Origin: Mobula hypostoma
Taxonomy: Eukaryota
Direction: 5' to 3'
Length of the DNA stretch: 64,000 bases
Assembly (NCBI RefSeq): GCF_963921235.1
Contig: NC_086108.1
Span: forward strand, 107,076,001 to 107,140,000
The number at the start of each line of letters is the position of its first letter. Within the stretch, counting starts at the first letter, position 1. The notes under the pieces are model-generated. The model saw only the letters and a program-made list of their open reading frames with translations. It was not told the origin of the DNA and searched no databases. This document shows positions 61,061 to 64,000 of the stretch, piece by piece. The position numbers and the translations under genes are program-made.

Positions 61061-63088
61061 ACAACAGCCTTTACAGTGCTGTGTGTTTGCTCTCTACATT
61101 GAAGCAAAGAGAATCAGAATCACGTTTAATATCACTCAAGTACGTTGTGAAGTTTGTCATTTTGCAGCAGTAGTACATTGGAATACAGAATGATAAAATG
61201 AACCATGAATTACAATAAGAAATATATTTTTAAAACTGAATTAAATAACCAGTGCAAAAAACGAGAAAATTAATTGAGATAGTGTAATGGATTTAATGTC
61301 CGTTCAGAAATCTGATGGAGGGGAAGAAAATGTTCCTGATTTTCATGGTAGCAATAAGAAGATGGGGGTTCTTAATAATGAATGCTGCCTTTTTGTGGCA
61401 TCATCTTTTGAAGGTGTCCTCGATGCTGGGGAGTCTATTGCCCATGATGGAGCTGACTGAGTTTGCAACTTTCTGCAGCTTTTCCTGATCCTGTTTAGTC
61501 TCCCTCCCCACCACACCAGACAGTGATCATTAGCTCTAACTATTGCAGCACCAATACCACGCTGTCAGTGAATAGCATCGTCCTGCAGGAGTGATGTTGA
61601 CAAGGATACTCAAAGAACGACTTCTTTTCTTCCTTAAATAAGGCATTGAGAAGTAGAACATCAATTTGAAACTTTGGGAAAAAAATGGAACATCATTTAA
61701 CATCTCACCTGGCGACGAGATAGTTGAATTTCAGGAGAGAAATCTCAGCAGCAAAGTGACAGAACATTGAATGAGACAAATGAGATATATGAAATGTCAT
61801 GTAGGTTCACTCTTTATTAGTTTATGTGCTGGCAATCATCGGAGTGTAGAGGAGAGAGCTTTATGAATTTTGGCAATTTTCTACCTTGGTTATTGTTTCG
61901 GCACTAGTTTTGATTTAGCTTTGCTTGAGGGTTCCTTATTGATATCAGCTGCAACAGAATAGCACAAGTGATGGATTGGTCCCCCGCACAATCTCAGTCC
62001 ACAAGACAATGACTCCATCCCCCCCGGCCCGTCCCCCCAACCAGCAAGTTCTCTGAGGATGAACTTGTTTGACCAGGCCATGAAGTTCCGACTGGACACG
62101 GACTGGTGCACAAGGTGTTGCTGAGGCCACATTTGGAATAATGTGTTCGTATTAGGAAACTTTCAAAAAGACAGCATCCATCACTAAGGATCCCCATCAC
62201 CCAGGTTTAGCCCCCTTCTCATTGCCATCAGGAAAGAGGTACAGAAGCTTGAAGGCACTCACTCGGTGATGCAGGAACAGCTTCTTCCCCTCTGCTGTCT
62301 GATTCTGGATGGACAATGAACACATGAACACTACCTCACTACACTTTATAATTTAACTATTTAACGTATAGTATACTTGCTATAATACACAATTTTTTTC
62401 TCTGTTATTATGTATTGCATCTTACTGCTGCCTCAAAGCCAAAAGATTTCCTGACATATGCTGGTGATATTAAGCCTAATAATGATTCTGACTCTGATAC
62501 TGAATATAGACACAAGAGTTTCTGTAGATAGATGCTGGAAATCCAGAGCAACACACACAAACTGTTTGAGGAACTCAGCAGGTCAGGCAGCATCGATAGA
62601 GAGAAACGAACAGTCAATTTTTTAAGCCTAGACTCATGAAGAGTCTTGTTGAAGGATCTCAACCCAAACTGTGGACTGTTTATTCCTCTCCATACATGTT
62701 TATCAAACATAGACTTAAGATTATTTATCATGTGTACATCAGCACATGCATTAACAACAACACACCCCAGGGTGTGCTGGGAGTAACCCGCAAGTGTCGC
62801 CACACATTTTGGGTGCTTTAGAAAGACGGCGTCCATCATTAAAGACCTCACCACCCAGGTCATGCTCTCTTCTCATTGCTACCATCAGGAAAGAGGTACA
62901 GAAGCTTGAAGGCACTCACTCAGTGATGCAGAAACAGCTTCCTCTGCTCTGCCATCTGATAATAATAGCCAGCAGGATATGGCAGCAACTCAATACAACA
63001 AAGCATGCAGACATGGTCGAGAAGTTCAGTTGTTGGTCAGACAAAGCCAAAGAATGGGAAAGAAATGTGATCTACAGTAACTGACTTA

Positions 63089-63327
63089 CAGCAGTCCCCA
63101 ACCACCGGGCCACGGACCGGTACCGGGCCACAAAGCATGTGCTACCGGGCTGCGAGGAAACGCTCTGATTTGGCGATATGAAACGATATGAGTCAGCTGC
63201 ACCTTTCCTCATTCCCTGTCACACACTGTTGAACTTGAACACCACCCCCCCCCCACCCGCCGGCCAGTCCGCAAGAATATTGTCAATATTAAACCCGTCC
63301 GCAGTGCGAAAAGGTTGGGGACCCCTG
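63089..63327. mobile_element. hAT (Charlie-like) MITE inside a Tc1 fragment (about 62970-63480)
   Basis: CAGCAGTCCCCAACC...GGTTGGGGACCCCTG TIRs; partial TSD ACTTA/ACTTAGAC. Confidence 0.8.
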
Positions 63328-63714
63328 ACTTAGACAGTGGAATGATTGTTGGTGCCAGATGAGGTGGTTTAAGTACCTCAGAAATTGTTGCTGCCTTGGG
63401 ATCTCTATGTACGACAGTCTCTAGAGTTTACAGAGATGATGCAAAAAACAAAAAGACATCCAGTAAGCAGCAGTTCTGTGCTTTTTATTATTTTTTAAAT
63501 TTTATTTATTTATTTTTACAGAACAGCATGGAGTAGGCCCTTCTGTCCCTTCAAATAACACCGTCCCTGCAACATCTGACAAACCCAATTACCCGTAACG
63601 TAATCACTGGACAATTTACTGAGACTATTTAACCTACCCGATACATCTTTGGACTGTGGGACGAATCTGGAGCATCCAGGGAAAGGGGAAAGGAGGAAGG
63701 CAGCAGAGAGGGAA

Positions 63715-64000
63715 TTATTGACCAGTTAGCCTGATCTCAGAGTTGTTGGAGTCAAATGTTAAGGAGTACTTAGTGACACAGGACAGTATAAGATAAAGTC
63801 AGCATGGTTTCCTTAAGAGAAAATCTTATCTGACGAATCTGTTGGAATTCTTTGAGTAGATTACATGTAGGGTAGATAAAGGGGACGCAATGAACGTTGT
63901 ATATTTGGACTTCCAGAAGGCCTTTGACAAGGTGCCACACATGAGACTGCTTAAAGTTAATAGCCAATGGTATTGCAGGCAAGTTACTGGCATGGTTGGA
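63715..64000 (+). mobile_element. CR1 RT fragment running off the window
   Basis: SQHGFL, NLLEFF and VVYLDFQKAFDKVPH motifs. Confidence 0.9.

Noticed and set aside
1..64000. Prokaryotic or phage operons suggested by the ORF track
   Set aside because: ORFs are short, overlapping, often start at GTG/TTG, and map to decayed vertebrate repeats

Overview
Eukaryotic, repeat-saturated, intergenic or deep-intronic DNA. The repeat set (CR1 LINEs, Rex1/Babar-like LINEs, V-domain/HE1-like and CORE-like tRNA SINEs, Penelope-like elements) suggests a cartilaginous fish, probably a ray; this is an inference. I recognise no intact host gene. Most listed ORFs are transposon remnants or chance ORFs. Contents: many CR1 and Rex1 fragments, a decayed near-full-length CR1 (46.5-50.0 kb), at least six solo LTRs with exact TSDs, Tc1/mariner remnants and MITEs, hAT MITEs, RTE-derived short elements and a G-rich minisatellite. 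The most notable signals are: (1) short fold-back Penelope-derived insertions with 12-14 bp TSDs carrying minimal hammerhead ribozyme cores; (2) composite DNA transposons whose ends are tiny TIR hairpins; (3) a diverged ~350 bp duplicated non-coding module with an invariant 32 bp core and a RORE motif; (4) a CpG-rich candidate exon near 25.5 kb; (5) several repeat-free islands. Coordinates were read by eye and fragment boundaries without TSDs are approximate.
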